Below, in pieces: positions 50,572 to 58,993 of a DNA stretch of 64,000 bases (within the stretch, counting starts at the first letter, position 1; each line of letters begins with the position of its first letter). The DNA comes from Roseomonas sp. (GTDB taxonomy: Bacteria > Pseudomonadota > Alphaproteobacteria > Acetobacterales > Acetobacteraceae). Both the position numbers and the translations under genes were made by a program. The notes beneath the pieces are model-generated. The model was not told the DNA's origin. It made no database searches and saw only the letters and a program-made list of their open reading frames with translations. The stretch lies in the NCBI GenBank assembly GCA_031180725.1, contig JAPSLO010000008.1, positions 127,471 through 191,470 on the forward strand, given 5' to 3'.

Positions 50572-52026
50572 TCACTGCCCGCGCCGCAGGAAGGCCGGCG
50601 CGGAACCGCCATCGCGGAAGTCGGCATCACGCCAGGACCGGTCCTTGCGCTCCGTCTGCTGCGGAACCTGGCTCGGGCGCCGCAGAGGGGCGTCGCCGCC
50701 GCGCGGCTTGGGTGGCGCGGGGTGGCGCTGCCCCTGGGCCTGGGCGGGGCGCTGGCTGTCGCGGCGCTGGCCGGGATGGTCGCCCTGCGGGCGGCGAGAC
50801 TGCTGGTGCCCGCGGCCGCGGCTGACGCCCGGGGCGGGCTTGATCGCATCCGGGCGGCCGCCGGCCGGGCCGAGCTTGCGGTGCATGGGCACGCTGACAT
50901 CCTGGCGGCGGTCCTCGCGCGGGATCTCCTGGCGGATCAGCTTCTCCACCTGCCAGAGCTTCTCCCGCTCCTCCGGCGCGCAGAAGGCGATGGCGATGCC
51001 GCTGGCGCCGGCGCGCGCGGTGCGGCCGATGCGGTGGACATAGGCCTCCGCCGTGTCCGGCATGTCGTGCTGGATCACATGCGTCACGCCCTCCACATCG
51101 ATGCCGCGGGCGGCGATGTCGGTGGCGACCAGCACGGGCGCCCTGCCATTTCGGAATTCCGCCAAAGCGCGCTCTCGCTGGCTCTGGCCCTTGTTGCCGT
51201 GGATCGCGTTGGCGGTGATGCCATCCGCCGCCAGGTTCTTCACCACCTTGTCCGCGCCATGCTTGGTGCGCGCGAAGACCAGCACGCGGCCGATGTCGGG
51301 CTGGCGCAGCAGCTCCGCGAGCAGGCCGCGCTTGCCGCCATTCTCGATGAAGATCAGGCGCTGTTCCACGCGCTCGGCCGTGGTGGCGACGGGCGTCACC
51401 TCGACGCGCAGAGGGTCCTTCAGGATCTCGTTGGAGAGGCGCGCCACCTCGGCCGGCATGGTGGCGGAGAAGAACATGGTCTGCCGCGGATGGGTCAGCA
51501 CCGGCAGAATGCGCCGGATGGCAGGCCAGAAGCCCTTGTCCAGCATCTGGTCGGCCTCATCCAGCACCAGCGCCTCCACGCGGTCGAGCCGCGCGGTGCC
51601 CTGGTTCAGATGGTCCTGCAGGCGGCCGGGTGTGGCCACCAGGATGTCAATGCCGCGCGAGAGCGCCTGACGCTGCGGGCCGAAGCCGACGCCGCCGAAG
51701 ATGACCGCGACGGACAGGCCGAGATGACGGCCATAGGCCCTCAGGCTGTCGGCAATCTGGCTGGCCAGTTCGCGGGTGGGGGAGAGTATCAGTGCGCGAC
51801 AGCCGTTGCGCGGCGGGCGGCCACCGGCCTGCGCCAGCCGGTGCAGCAGGGGCAGGCCGAAGGCGGCGGTCTTGCCGGTGCCAGTCTGGGCGATGCCCAG
51901 CAGGTCGCGGCCCGCCATGGCGCCCGGAATGGCGTCACGCTGGATGGGGGTGGGCGTGGCATAGCCTTCCTCGGCCAGCGCCTGAAGGATGCGCGTGTCG
52001 AGGCCGAGTTCAGTGAAAGTTGTCAT
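50572..52026 (-). CDS. DEAD-box RNA helicase (RhlE-like)
   Basis: Q motif (PTPIQ), AQTGTGKT, PTRELA, LDEAD, FSAT, ATDIAARGID and HRIGRTAR, with a basic disordered tail. Confidence 0.96.
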   Translation of the reverse strand: MTTFTELGLDTRILQALAEEGYATPTPIQRDAIPGAMAGRDLLGIAQTGTGKTAAFGLPLLHRLAQAGGRPPRNGCRALILSPTRELASQIADSLRAYGRHLGLSVAVIFGGVGFGPQRQALSRGIDILVATPGRLQDHLNQGTARLDRVEALVLDEADQMLDKGFWPAIRRILPVLTHPRQTMFFSATMPAEVARLSNEILKDPLRVEVTPVATTAERVEQRLIFIENGGKRGLLAELLRQPDIGRVLVFARTKHGADKVVKNLAADGITANAIHGNKGQSQRERALAEFRNGRAPVLVATDIAARGIDVEGVTHVIQHDMPDTAEAYVHRIGRTARAGASGIAIAFCAPEEREKLWQVEKLIRQEIPREDRRQDVSVPMHRKLGPAGGRPDAIKPAPGVSRGRGHQQSRRPQGDHPGQRRDSQRPAQAQGQRHPAPPKPRGGDAPLRRPSQVPQQTERKDRSWRDADFRDGGSAPAFLRRGQ

Positions 52027-52258
52027 CGAAATGGGTTCGAGTCCGCTCTTGCCGCCCCTGCGATGCACAGGGCGGTCGGGGTGCGGCGCGTCCCGCGTGG
52101 TGGGGACGATCCTGGAGTGTCGGAGCCGGCACCCGCGGCGGGTACCACAACACATGCGCCCTGGTCCGGACCGTGCGGCTTGAGGGGCCGGCACCTGGAT
52201 TCAGGCGGTCCGCTCACGCGGCCGGGCGCGGCGGGGGGTGAATCCCGCTGACAGGCGG

Positions 52259-52287
52259 GAGATAGGACAGCAGGGTTGACGGGACAA
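52259..52287 (-). promoter_or_regulatory. sigma70 promoter of the DEAD-box helicase
   Basis: TTGTCC-N17-TATCTC, which implies a 5' UTR of about 225 nt. Confidence 0.55.
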
Positions 52288-52355
52288 GCTTTATCTCGCC
52301 CTCGGGCGCCGCGTCCGCGACCTCGACGCCCTGAATACCCTTCGCCGGTGCGGCA

Positions 52356-52631
52356 TCACCCTGTCGGCCGGCGGTTGAATCCCGGCTCGGGCGGGTCCTC
52401 GGCCAGGGATTCGTCGATGCGGTCCACCCGCGCCATCGGCGGGCCACGGCGGCAGGCTGTCAGAAGCGCCTGCATGGCGCCCTCATCCCCCGCCACCAGG
52501 GCCTGCACGCTGCCATCGGGCCGGTTGCGCACCCAGCCATGCAGGCCGAGCCGCGCGGCCTCCTTCACCATCCAGTCGCGATAGCCCACACCCTGGACCC
52601 GGCCCTCAATGCGTAGCAGCCGGGCAGGCAT
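52356..52631 (-). CDS. acyP: acylphosphatase
   Basis: GRVQGVGYR and GWVRNRPDGSV signature. Confidence 0.95.
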   Translation of the reverse strand: MPARLLRIEGRVQGVGYRDWMVKEAARLGLHGWVRNRPDGSVQALVAGDEGAMQALLTACRRGPPMARVDRIDESLAEDPPEPGFNRRPTG

Positions 52632-52632
52632 C

Positions 52633-53340
52633 TCAGCCGCTCCTTGCCAGGGTGATCAGCCGGGCGGCGAGCGCGACATCGGCGGCTATGCGCGCGCGCC
52701 GCTCGGCGGTCTCGGCATCCAGGCCCCAGAATTCCTCCTGGAAGCGCTCATCCACCGTGGCGAGATCCTGCGCCTGGTCGGCATCCAGTCGGCCGGCGGC
52801 CAGGGCCAGGCCGAGCACCAGGGAACCCAGCGCCGGCACCGCGACACCGAGCGCCGCCAGCTCCAGCGGGGGGTGGGCGGCGACGGCGCGGCCGAGGGCA
52901 GCGAGCGCATCCGGGCTTTGGGCCACGGGCATCACGCCGGCGGTGGTCCGCAGCGGCGCATCCAGCGTCAGCGTGGCCCAGTCCAGGATGGGATCCCAGG
53001 CGGCCGCCTGGCGCTCGGCCAGGCGGCGATCCTCGGCGCGATAGCAGAGCAGGTCCGTCTCGCCATATTTCGCGATCGCCGCGACCGTGGGGGCGGGGTC
53101 GGGTGCGATGCGTTCGGCGGCGGTGCCGACCACGCGGGTGAGCGGCACCTGCTCATGCGTGAAATCGCCGCCCTTCGCGCCGCCGGCCTGCTGCCATTCG
53201 GCGGCGACCGCCTCCGCCAGGGCGCGGCTTTCCACAGAGAGCGGCGTGCCGCCCGGCAGGCGCACCGGGCGACCATCCAGCAGCACGGCGAAGCGGCCTT
53301 CGGCCTCGGCGGTCTCAGCCTTGTCCCAGAACCGCTTCAT
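52633..53340 (-). CDS. ATP12 family F1-ATPase assembly chaperone
   Basis: MKRFW, LLDGRPV, AVAAEW, TDLLCYRA and QEEFWG motifs. Confidence 0.92.
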   Translation of the reverse strand: MKRFWDKAETAEAEGRFAVLLDGRPVRLPGGTPLSVESRALAEAVAAEWQQAGGAKGGDFTHEQVPLTRVVGTAAERIAPDPAPTVAAIAKYGETDLLCYRAEDRRLAERQAAAWDPILDWATLTLDAPLRTTAGVMPVAQSPDALAALGRAVAAHPPLELAALGVAVPALGSLVLGLALAAGRLDADQAQDLATVDERFQEEFWGLDAETAERRARIAADVALAARLITLARSG

Positions 53341-53349
53341 GCCGGCGGA

Positions 53350-53889
53350 TCAGCGCGAGGCCGTGCGCTGCCGCGTGGTGGTGCGGCGGGCCGGCGGGGC
53401 GGGCGTTTCGGGACATTCGGACACGGCGACGGTGTTGAGCAGGTTGCGCTCCTTGCTCAGCTCCGCCAAGTCGCTCAGCGACTGCTTCTCCAGCGCGACG
53501 CGGAACAGGGGCGCGACCAGCGGGCAGTAGAGCGTGCCGTAGGCGCTGCCCTCGGCCGCCTGGGCCTGGGCCAGATTGGTGATGTAGCTGTCCAGCGCGC
53601 GGGTGTGGTTGCCGCCGGCGGTGCGGCGGAAGTAGCTGACCAGCGCGCCGGAGCTGGTCTGGAAGTCGCGCTGGAAGCGCTGCACGAAGGCGCGGTACTG
53701 GTCCTCCAGATTGCCGAAGCCGGCGACGTCGCGGCACTGCAGGGCGGCGACCTGCAGCTGGCTCTGGATCAGGCGGACATCAAAGCCGAGACGCTCATTC
53801 GGGCGGACGCAGCTCTGGGCGATGGCGGGCCCGCCCATCACGGCGGCAAGCCCCGCAAGCAGCAGGCGGAAACTGGTGGTGCGGCGCAT
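53350..53889 (-). CDS. exported hypothetical protein with four cysteines
   Basis: Signal peptide (MRRTTSFRLLLAGLAAVMGGPAIA), strong codon bias, GGGGAGAG RBS. Confidence 0.8.
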   Translation of the reverse strand: MRRTTSFRLLLAGLAAVMGGPAIAQSCVRPNERLGFDVRLIQSQLQVAALQCRDVAGFGNLEDQYRAFVQRFQRDFQTSSGALVSYFRRTAGGNHTRALDSYITNLAQAQAAEGSAYGTLYCPLVAPLFRVALEKQSLSDLAELSKERNLLNTVAVSECPETPAPPARRTTTRQRTASR

Positions 53890-54005
53890 AAGGCAGCTCT
53901 CCCCTGGGGCACGCCGATGCTGCCGCCGGCCCCGGCCGACGGCGACTCAGGGCCCCCCGGCCCCCTTTGACATGCCCGAACCTGCGCCCTCTACCGCAGC
54001 CTTGG

Positions 54006-54137
54006 CCGGCAGGCGAGGGCCTTGCGCATTACCTCGCGCTCTCGTTTCGCTCCGTTGCGCAAGTGCCTCATCCCTAACGAGTCATCTCTGGCGACTCGTT
54101 GGGGATCCGGGGGGTATTTCTTGCCCTCGGATGCCGG
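54006..54137 (+). ncRNA. candidate structured small RNA (four-way junction)
   Basis: A closing stem (54006-11/54132-37) encloses three hairpins, two of them with ~14-bp stems. G-U pairs work only on the plus strand. No ORF is present. Confidence 0.45.
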
Positions 54138-54173
54138 GCGGCCGCCTTCCGGGCCCCTCGGACGCCAGGCTGA

Positions 54174-54251
54174 TCAGAACACGCCGAACAGGTAGAGCAG
54201 GATGATGATCGGGATCGGGATCCCGATCAGCCAGAGCAGGATGCCGCGCAT
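54174..54251 (-). CDS. 25-aa hydrophobic membrane peptide MRGILLWLIGIPIPIIILLYLFGVF
   Basis: ATG at 54251, TGA at 54174, GGAGG RBS, and every internal codon ends in G or C. Below the ORF-track length cutoff. Confidence 0.85.
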   Translation of the reverse strand: MRGILLWLIGIPIPIIILLYLFGVF

Positions 54252-54286
54252 CAGATAGCGTCCTCCGCAGGGTGTTGCGGGGATGG

Positions 54287-54311
54287 AACGCGCGCTCAGG
54301 CGGCTCGTTTC
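54287..54311 (-). promoter_or_regulatory. sigma-EcfG-like promoter GAAAC-N16-CGTT
   Basis: Sits at the 3' end of the COQ9 gene, about 35 nt upstream of the peptide ATG. Confidence 0.55.
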
Positions 54312-54880
54312 GGCCTTCTGCCTTGCAGCCGCGCGAGGTCCCTGAGGCGCCGGTCGAGGAAGGCGCGGGTGGCGGGGAAGCCAGGCTCCGCTTCCTGCAG
54401 CCAGAAGAGCAGCGTGGCGCCATAGAGCCCGGCCAGGGTGGCGCGGCGCGTGTACCAGGAGAAATCGGCCGAGGTATCGCCCGCCGCCGCCCAGACGGCA
54501 TCCGCCGTGCGGCCGATGGAGCGCAGCGCTGAAGGAGTGTTCCAGGGAAGCGATTGCAGCGCCAGCCCGCGGCGCACTGCTTCCCTGTGCGGTTCGGCCG
54601 CCTCCAGCCGCAGGATGATGATGCGGCGGATGCGGTCCGGGATGCGGATGGAGAGGAGATCCTCGGCCCGCGCGGCCGCCTCCATCTCCCGGTCGGCCAG
54701 GTCGCTCCAGGCCTCGACCACCTCCAGGGGGCCGCGGGGGAAGAGCGAGGCCGCCTCGGCTGGATCCTGGCCGAGGTCACGGAGACCGGCCGCGAGGGCG
54801 GCCCGGGTCCAGCCCAGCCGCGGCACATGCGGCAGCGTGGCGCGGATCGCGGCATCCCGCGCCGGGCTGCGCTCGATCAT
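54296..54880 (-). CDS. COQ9 family protein (rpsU-divergent)
   Basis: LPHVPRLGWT, LFPRGP, WAAAGDTSADFSWYTRRATL and FLDRR motifs. Confidence 0.92.
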   Translation of the reverse strand: MIERSPARDAAIRATLPHVPRLGWTRAALAAGLRDLGQDPAEAASLFPRGPLEVVEAWSDLADREMEAAARAEDLLSIRIPDRIRRIIILRLEAAEPHREAVRRGLALQSLPWNTPSALRSIGRTADAVWAAAGDTSADFSWYTRRATLAGLYGATLLFWLQEAEPGFPATRAFLDRRLRDLARLQGRRPKRAA

Positions 54881-55401
54881 GGCACCGTGCCTTCGGCCGG
54901 CTTGGCCTGGGCGGCGGCGCGGGCCAGTTCCTCGGTGAAGCCCCAAAGGGAAAGGTCGGTCATCCGCATGGGATAGAGGATGCCGTCCAGATGGTCGGTC
55001 TCATGCTGGATCACCCGCGCGGCCAGGCCCGCTGCCTCGCCTTCCACCGGGCGGCCCTCGATGTCCTGGCCGCGGAAGCGGATACGGGCGGCGCGGGGGA
55101 CGCAGCCGCGCAGGCCGGGGATGGAGAGGCAGCCCTCCCAGCCCTGCTCCACCTCCTCGCCCACCGTCTCGATCTCCGGATTGATCAGGGCGATGATGTT
55201 CCCTGCCCCGCCGCGCCAGACGAAAAGCCGCAGCGGCACATGGACCTGCGGGGCGGCGAGTCCGAGTCCCTGGGCGTCCTCCATCGTCTCGGCCATGTCG
55301 GCAACCAGGCGGCGGACCTCCGGCGCGGTCGGGTCCGGCACCGGATCGGCCCGGCGCAGCAGGACGGGATGGCCCATGCGGGCGATCTTCAGGATGGCCA
55401 T
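54877..55401 (-). CDS. def: peptide deformylase
   Basis: GLGLAAPQ, EGCLS and QHETDH motifs. Confidence 0.96.
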   Translation of the reverse strand: MAILKIARMGHPVLLRRADPVPDPTAPEVRRLVADMAETMEDAQGLGLAAPQVHVPLRLFVWRGGAGNIIALINPEIETVGEEVEQGWEGCLSIPGLRGCVPRAARIRFRGQDIEGRPVEGEAAGLAARVIQHETDHLDGILYPMRMTDLSLWGFTEELARAAAQAKPAEGTVP

Positions 55402-55592
55402 GGCGAGGATCCCAGCGACAGGGAGAACGTAATGCGCCGTCGCGCGTTCGGAAGGTCTTCCTTTGGAGGCGCCGATCGTGTAAGCGGCCTTCGAAGGTTT
55501 TCGGGGGCACCTGGGGACAACCCGGGGGTGCCCCCGTTTTCGCCTTTTGCTAGAATGTTAACCACCAACCCAACCCCAGGAGGTTGAGCCGC

Positions 55593-55796
55593 GTGCAGGT
55601 CGTCGTCCGCGACAACAACATCGACCAGGCCCTGAAGGCGCTGAAGAAGAAGCTCCAGCGCGAGGGCGTGTTCCGTGAGATGAAGCTCCGCCGTCACTAC
55701 GAGAAGCCGTCCGAGCGCCGCGCCCGCGAGGCCGCCGAGGCCGTCCGTCGCGCCCGCAAGGTCGAGCGCAAGCGGCTGGAGCGCGAGGGCTTCTGA
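55593..55796 (+). CDS. rpsU: 30S ribosomal protein S21
   Basis: [25 protein letters not shown]...YEKPSE. GTG start with GGAGG 9 nt upstream. Confidence 0.97.
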   Translation: MQVVVRDNNIDQALKALKKKLQREGVFREMKLRRHYEKPSERRAREAAEAVRRARKVERKRLEREGF

Positions 55797-56238
55797 GCCC
55801 GCCCGCCCGCCCGGACAGGCGGGCGTGGAGTTGATGCAGAACTGTTCTGCCGAAGCGGCGCGGAGGACACTCCGCGATCCGCTTTTCGGCGTTTCAGGGC
55901 GCGTGGCAGCGCCCGCCCGATATCGCTGGAACCGGGCGTCCGGCATTAAGGGCTGCTGATTCGAAAGCGGCCCATCGGGCGTTCAGCTTCCCCGGCGGGG
56001 CGGACGAAGCGACACTGGCCGCGGATGACACCATCCGTTGCCGGCTGGATTCTTTCCGCCGATCCGCGGCAGAATACCCGTCATGGCATCCAGCCACTGT
56101 ACCACCTGCATCGCGTTCCCGCGCCTCTGACGCGAGGAACTCAGGGCCGGCGAGCGCCGGATGCTTCCGCTCGCCCGGAATTCCATGCCTTGCAATGCGC
56201 CGCGCTCAACAGCGCGCGCCCCTGATGCGGTGAAGACC

Positions 56239-56871
56239 ATGGCCAATTTCTTCGAAAGCCCCTTCAAGGGCATTCCGCTGGATCAGCAAGTGCGCCACCC
56301 CAACATCATCGTCGGGCGCTACAGCTATTATTCCGGCTACTATCACGGCCACAGTTTCGACGATTGCGCCCGGTTCCTGCTGCCACACGAAGGCGCCGAC
56401 AGGCTGATCATCGGCAGCTTCTGCTCCATCGGCTCCGGCGCCGCCTTCATCATGGCTGGCAACCAGGGACATCGGAGCGAATGGATCAGCACCTTCCCCT
56501 TCTTCCACTATCCCTATGAGCCGCGCTTCGAGAATGCGGCGGACGGTTACCTGCCCGCCGGGGACACGGTGATCGGCCATGACGTCTGGATCGGCTCGGA
56601 GGCCATCATCATGCCGGGCGTGACGATCGGCCATGGCGCCATCATCGGCACAAGGGCGCTGGTGACCCGCGATGTCGAGCCTTACGCCGTCGTCGGCGGC
56701 AATCCCGCCCGGACCATCCGCAAGCGCTTTACCGAGAAGCAGATCGCCATGCTGCTGGAGATGGCGTGGTGGGACTGGAGCGACGAACAGATCCGAAGGG
56801 CCATGCCGCTGCTCACCAGCGGGGATGTCGAAGGGCTGTACAGGCACTGGCGGAATCAGCCGGCGGGCTAG
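56239..56871 (+). CDS. catB: type B chloramphenicol O-acetyltransferase (hexapeptide XAT family)
   Basis: [37 protein letters not shown] and [10 protein letters not shown], the CatB signature. Confidence 0.92.
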   Translation: MANFFESPFKGIPLDQQVRHPNIIVGRYSYYSGYYHGHSFDDCARFLLPHEGADRLIIGSFCSIGSGAAFIMAGNQGHRSEWISTFPFFHYPYEPRFENAADGYLPAGDTVIGHDVWIGSEAIIMPGVTIGHGAIIGTRALVTRDVEPYAVVGGNPARTIRKRFTEKQIAMLLEMAWWDWSDEQIRRAMPLLTSGDVEGLYRHWRNQPAG

Positions 56872-57133
56872 CGCACACATCTTCCGCGCCCGCCCTTTTC
56901 CAGGGGCGGGCTTCCGACCTTCCCGGTGGTCCGTGATGAGTCCTGACGCCAGGCGCAAGCGCGGCGCCGGCCTGGACCATGGTGCCATCCGCCATCGTTC
57001 ATGGGCCGCAGACGCGGAGCCGCAATGCGAGCTAGCCCCATGGCGGCATGGCTGCATCCAGCTTCCGGTGCCCTTTCTCGGACGGATCGCGCAACCACAT
57101 GGCCACGGAAGGATCTGGATAAAGGACGCGGCC

Positions 57134-57991
57134 ATGCCCATCACGCCGATCGTCGCCGTCGCCGGCCTGCCCGATGGACAATGCCCGGAAATCGGCCATG
57201 CCTTCCTCGCCGCTGGCTGGCGCGTGCGCGCCCTGCTGTCCCCGGGGAAGGCGGAAGGGAAGCTCCTCACCACCCTGCCGCCCGGCGTCACTGCCGCCAC
57301 GGCGTCAGAAGATGACATGGCCGCTCTGGTGCGCGCGCTGGAGGGCGTGGAGATTCTCGCCGCCAGCGCGCCGATGGCGCGCCGCCGCGGCCAGGCGGAA
57401 GCTTGGCTGGCGGCACTGCTAGGCGCGGCCGCCCAGGCAGGGGTGCGGCGCCTGGTGCTGAATCTGGGCATGCGCCCGCTGCCGGGCGTGGCGCATCCCG
57501 TCTTCGACTCATTGCGGCGGATGGAGACACTGGCTCTGGCCGGGCCGGTGCCTGCTTCCGTCTTGCGCCCCACTCCGATCCTGGAGGAGCTGCTGCCCGA
57601 TGGCCTGCCCGCGCCGGAGGCTGGGCTGCTCCCCTACCCCGCCCCGCCCGGCCAGCGCATCGCCTGGCTGACGCTGCGCACACTCGGCGAGGCGGCGGTG
57701 GAAGCGGCGACCCGGGCCGATGCGGTGGGCCGCGCCTTCGACATCGGCGGCGCCGAGCCGCTGGAAGGCGAGGCGCTGGCCGCGCGGATCGGCCAGGCGC
57801 TGGGTGTGAAGTTGCAGCTTGCCGAGGCCACCGCGCCCGGTGAAGCGCAGGCCGCGCTGTACCGCCTGCTGCCGAAGGCGCCGGCCGCGCTGGAAGACGG
57901 CGCCGGCAATGCAGCGCTGGCCATTGAGGCGGAAAGCCTGGCCGAGTGGCTGGCCCGGCAGCCGGCGCGCCGCATGACGCGCGTGGCCTGA
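57134..57991 (+). CDS. NmrA-like NAD(P)-binding atypical SDR
   Basis: GWRVRAL, GVRRLV, SVLRP and FDIGGAEPL, with an AAAGGA RBS. The glycine-rich loop is degenerate. Confidence 0.7.
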   Translation: MPITPIVAVAGLPDGQCPEIGHAFLAAGWRVRALLSPGKAEGKLLTTLPPGVTAATASEDDMAALVRALEGVEILAASAPMARRRGQAEAWLAALLGAAAQAGVRRLVLNLGMRPLPGVAHPVFDSLRRMETLALAGPVPASVLRPTPILEELLPDGLPAPEAGLLPYPAPPGQRIAWLTLRTLGEAAVEAATRADAVGRAFDIGGAEPLEGEALAARIGQALGVKLQLAEATAPGEAQAALYRLLPKAPAALEDGAGNAALAIEAESLAEWLARQPARRMTRVA

Positions 57992-58006
57992 CGACGCGCG
58001 CCCTTA

Positions 58007-58885
58007 TCAGTCAGCGACGGCCTCGGGCTGCGCCAGCAGCCAAGTGCGGAACGCCGCCATGGCCGGCGTCTCGGCCCGCGATTTCAGCCGCGTGAGCCAA
58101 TAGGCGCCGGTCTCCACCTCCGCCGCGAAGGGGCGCTGTAGGCGGCCGGCGCGCAGTTCGCGATCGAACATGCGCGCGGGCAGCAGTGCCACGCCCGCGC
58201 CCTGCATCGCCGCCTCTGCCATGGTCAGCGAGGAATCGAAGACGAAGCCGCGGATGTTCGGCGCTGCCAGATCGGACAGCGCGAACCAGCGCGGCCATTC
58301 ATCCATCCGGTAGGAGCGCAGCAGCGTCTCGCGCAGCAGATCGGCCGGCTGGCGGAGGCGGCGCGCGATGGCGGGCGCGCAGAGCGGGGCGAGCGGCGCG
58401 GTGAAGAGGCGCAGCGCCTCCGTGCCGTGCCAGGCGCCATCGCCGAAGCGTATGGCGAGGTCCAGCCCCTCGCCGGCCAGGTCCACGCGGTTGTTGTTGG
58501 TCATCAGCCGCAGATCCACGAAGGGATGCGCGGCGCGGAACTCGGCCAGGCGCGGCAGCAGCCAGCCGGTGACGAAGGTGCCGACGGCGCCGAGCATCAG
58601 CACCTCGCGCAGGCGCCCCCCCTCGAAGCGGTCGAGAGTGCTAGCGATGCGGCGGAAGGCGTCGGTCAGCACCGGCAGCAGCGCCTCGCCCTCGGCGGTC
58701 AGGGCCAGGCCGCGCGGCAGGCGGCGGAACAGGGGCACACCCAAGATTTCCTCCAGGGTCTTTACCTGCTGGCTGACCGCGGCCTGGGTGACGCGCAGCT
58801 CCAGCCCCGCCCTGGTGAAGCTGAGATTCCGTGCTGCGGCTTCGAAGGCGCGCAAGGCATTGAGCGGCAGGTTCGTCAGGGCCAT
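58007..58885 (-). CDS. ampR: LysR family regulator, AmpR/PenR type
   Basis: LPLNALRAFEAAARNLSFTRAGLELRVTQAAVSQQVK, GAVGTF, TNNNRVD, YRMDEW and YWLT. Divergent from the beta-lactamase. Confidence 0.92.
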   Translation of the reverse strand: MALTNLPLNALRAFEAAARNLSFTRAGLELRVTQAAVSQQVKTLEEILGVPLFRRLPRGLALTAEGEALLPVLTDAFRRIASTLDRFEGGRLREVLMLGAVGTFVTGWLLPRLAEFRAAHPFVDLRLMTNNNRVDLAGEGLDLAIRFGDGAWHGTEALRLFTAPLAPLCAPAIARRLRQPADLLRETLLRSYRMDEWPRWFALSDLAAPNIRGFVFDSSLTMAEAAMQGAGVALLPARMFDRELRAGRLQRPFAAEVETGAYWLTRLKSRAETPAMAAFRTWLLAQPEAVAD

Positions 58886-58910
58886 GCCGCATGCATAAGT
58901 TCTGTTTGGG

Positions 58911-58923
58911 TCTTCCGCAAAGA
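58911..58923. promoter_or_regulatory. LysR T-N11-A box TCTT-CCGCA-AAGA
   Basis: Dyad within the AT-richer ampR-bla intercistronic region. Confidence 0.55.
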
Positions 58924-58993
58924 ATGATCGTTTGTGCCGCACCCTTCCCCGGCCCCAATCAACCGCCCGCCGGACGAGCAAGGGGAAGACGGC

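Noticed and set aside
54006-54137. Identification of the structured RNA as 6S RNA or a tRNA
   Set aside because: It lacks the long rod with central bubble of 6S RNA, and has no T-loop, D-loop or CCA of a tRNA.
56230-56238. GTG AAG ACC (VKT) resembles the cat-86 leader peptide MVKTD
   Set aside because: It is in frame and directly adjacent to the catB ATG, and GGTGA is adequately explained as the Shine-Dalgarno sequence. No separate leader ORF is present.
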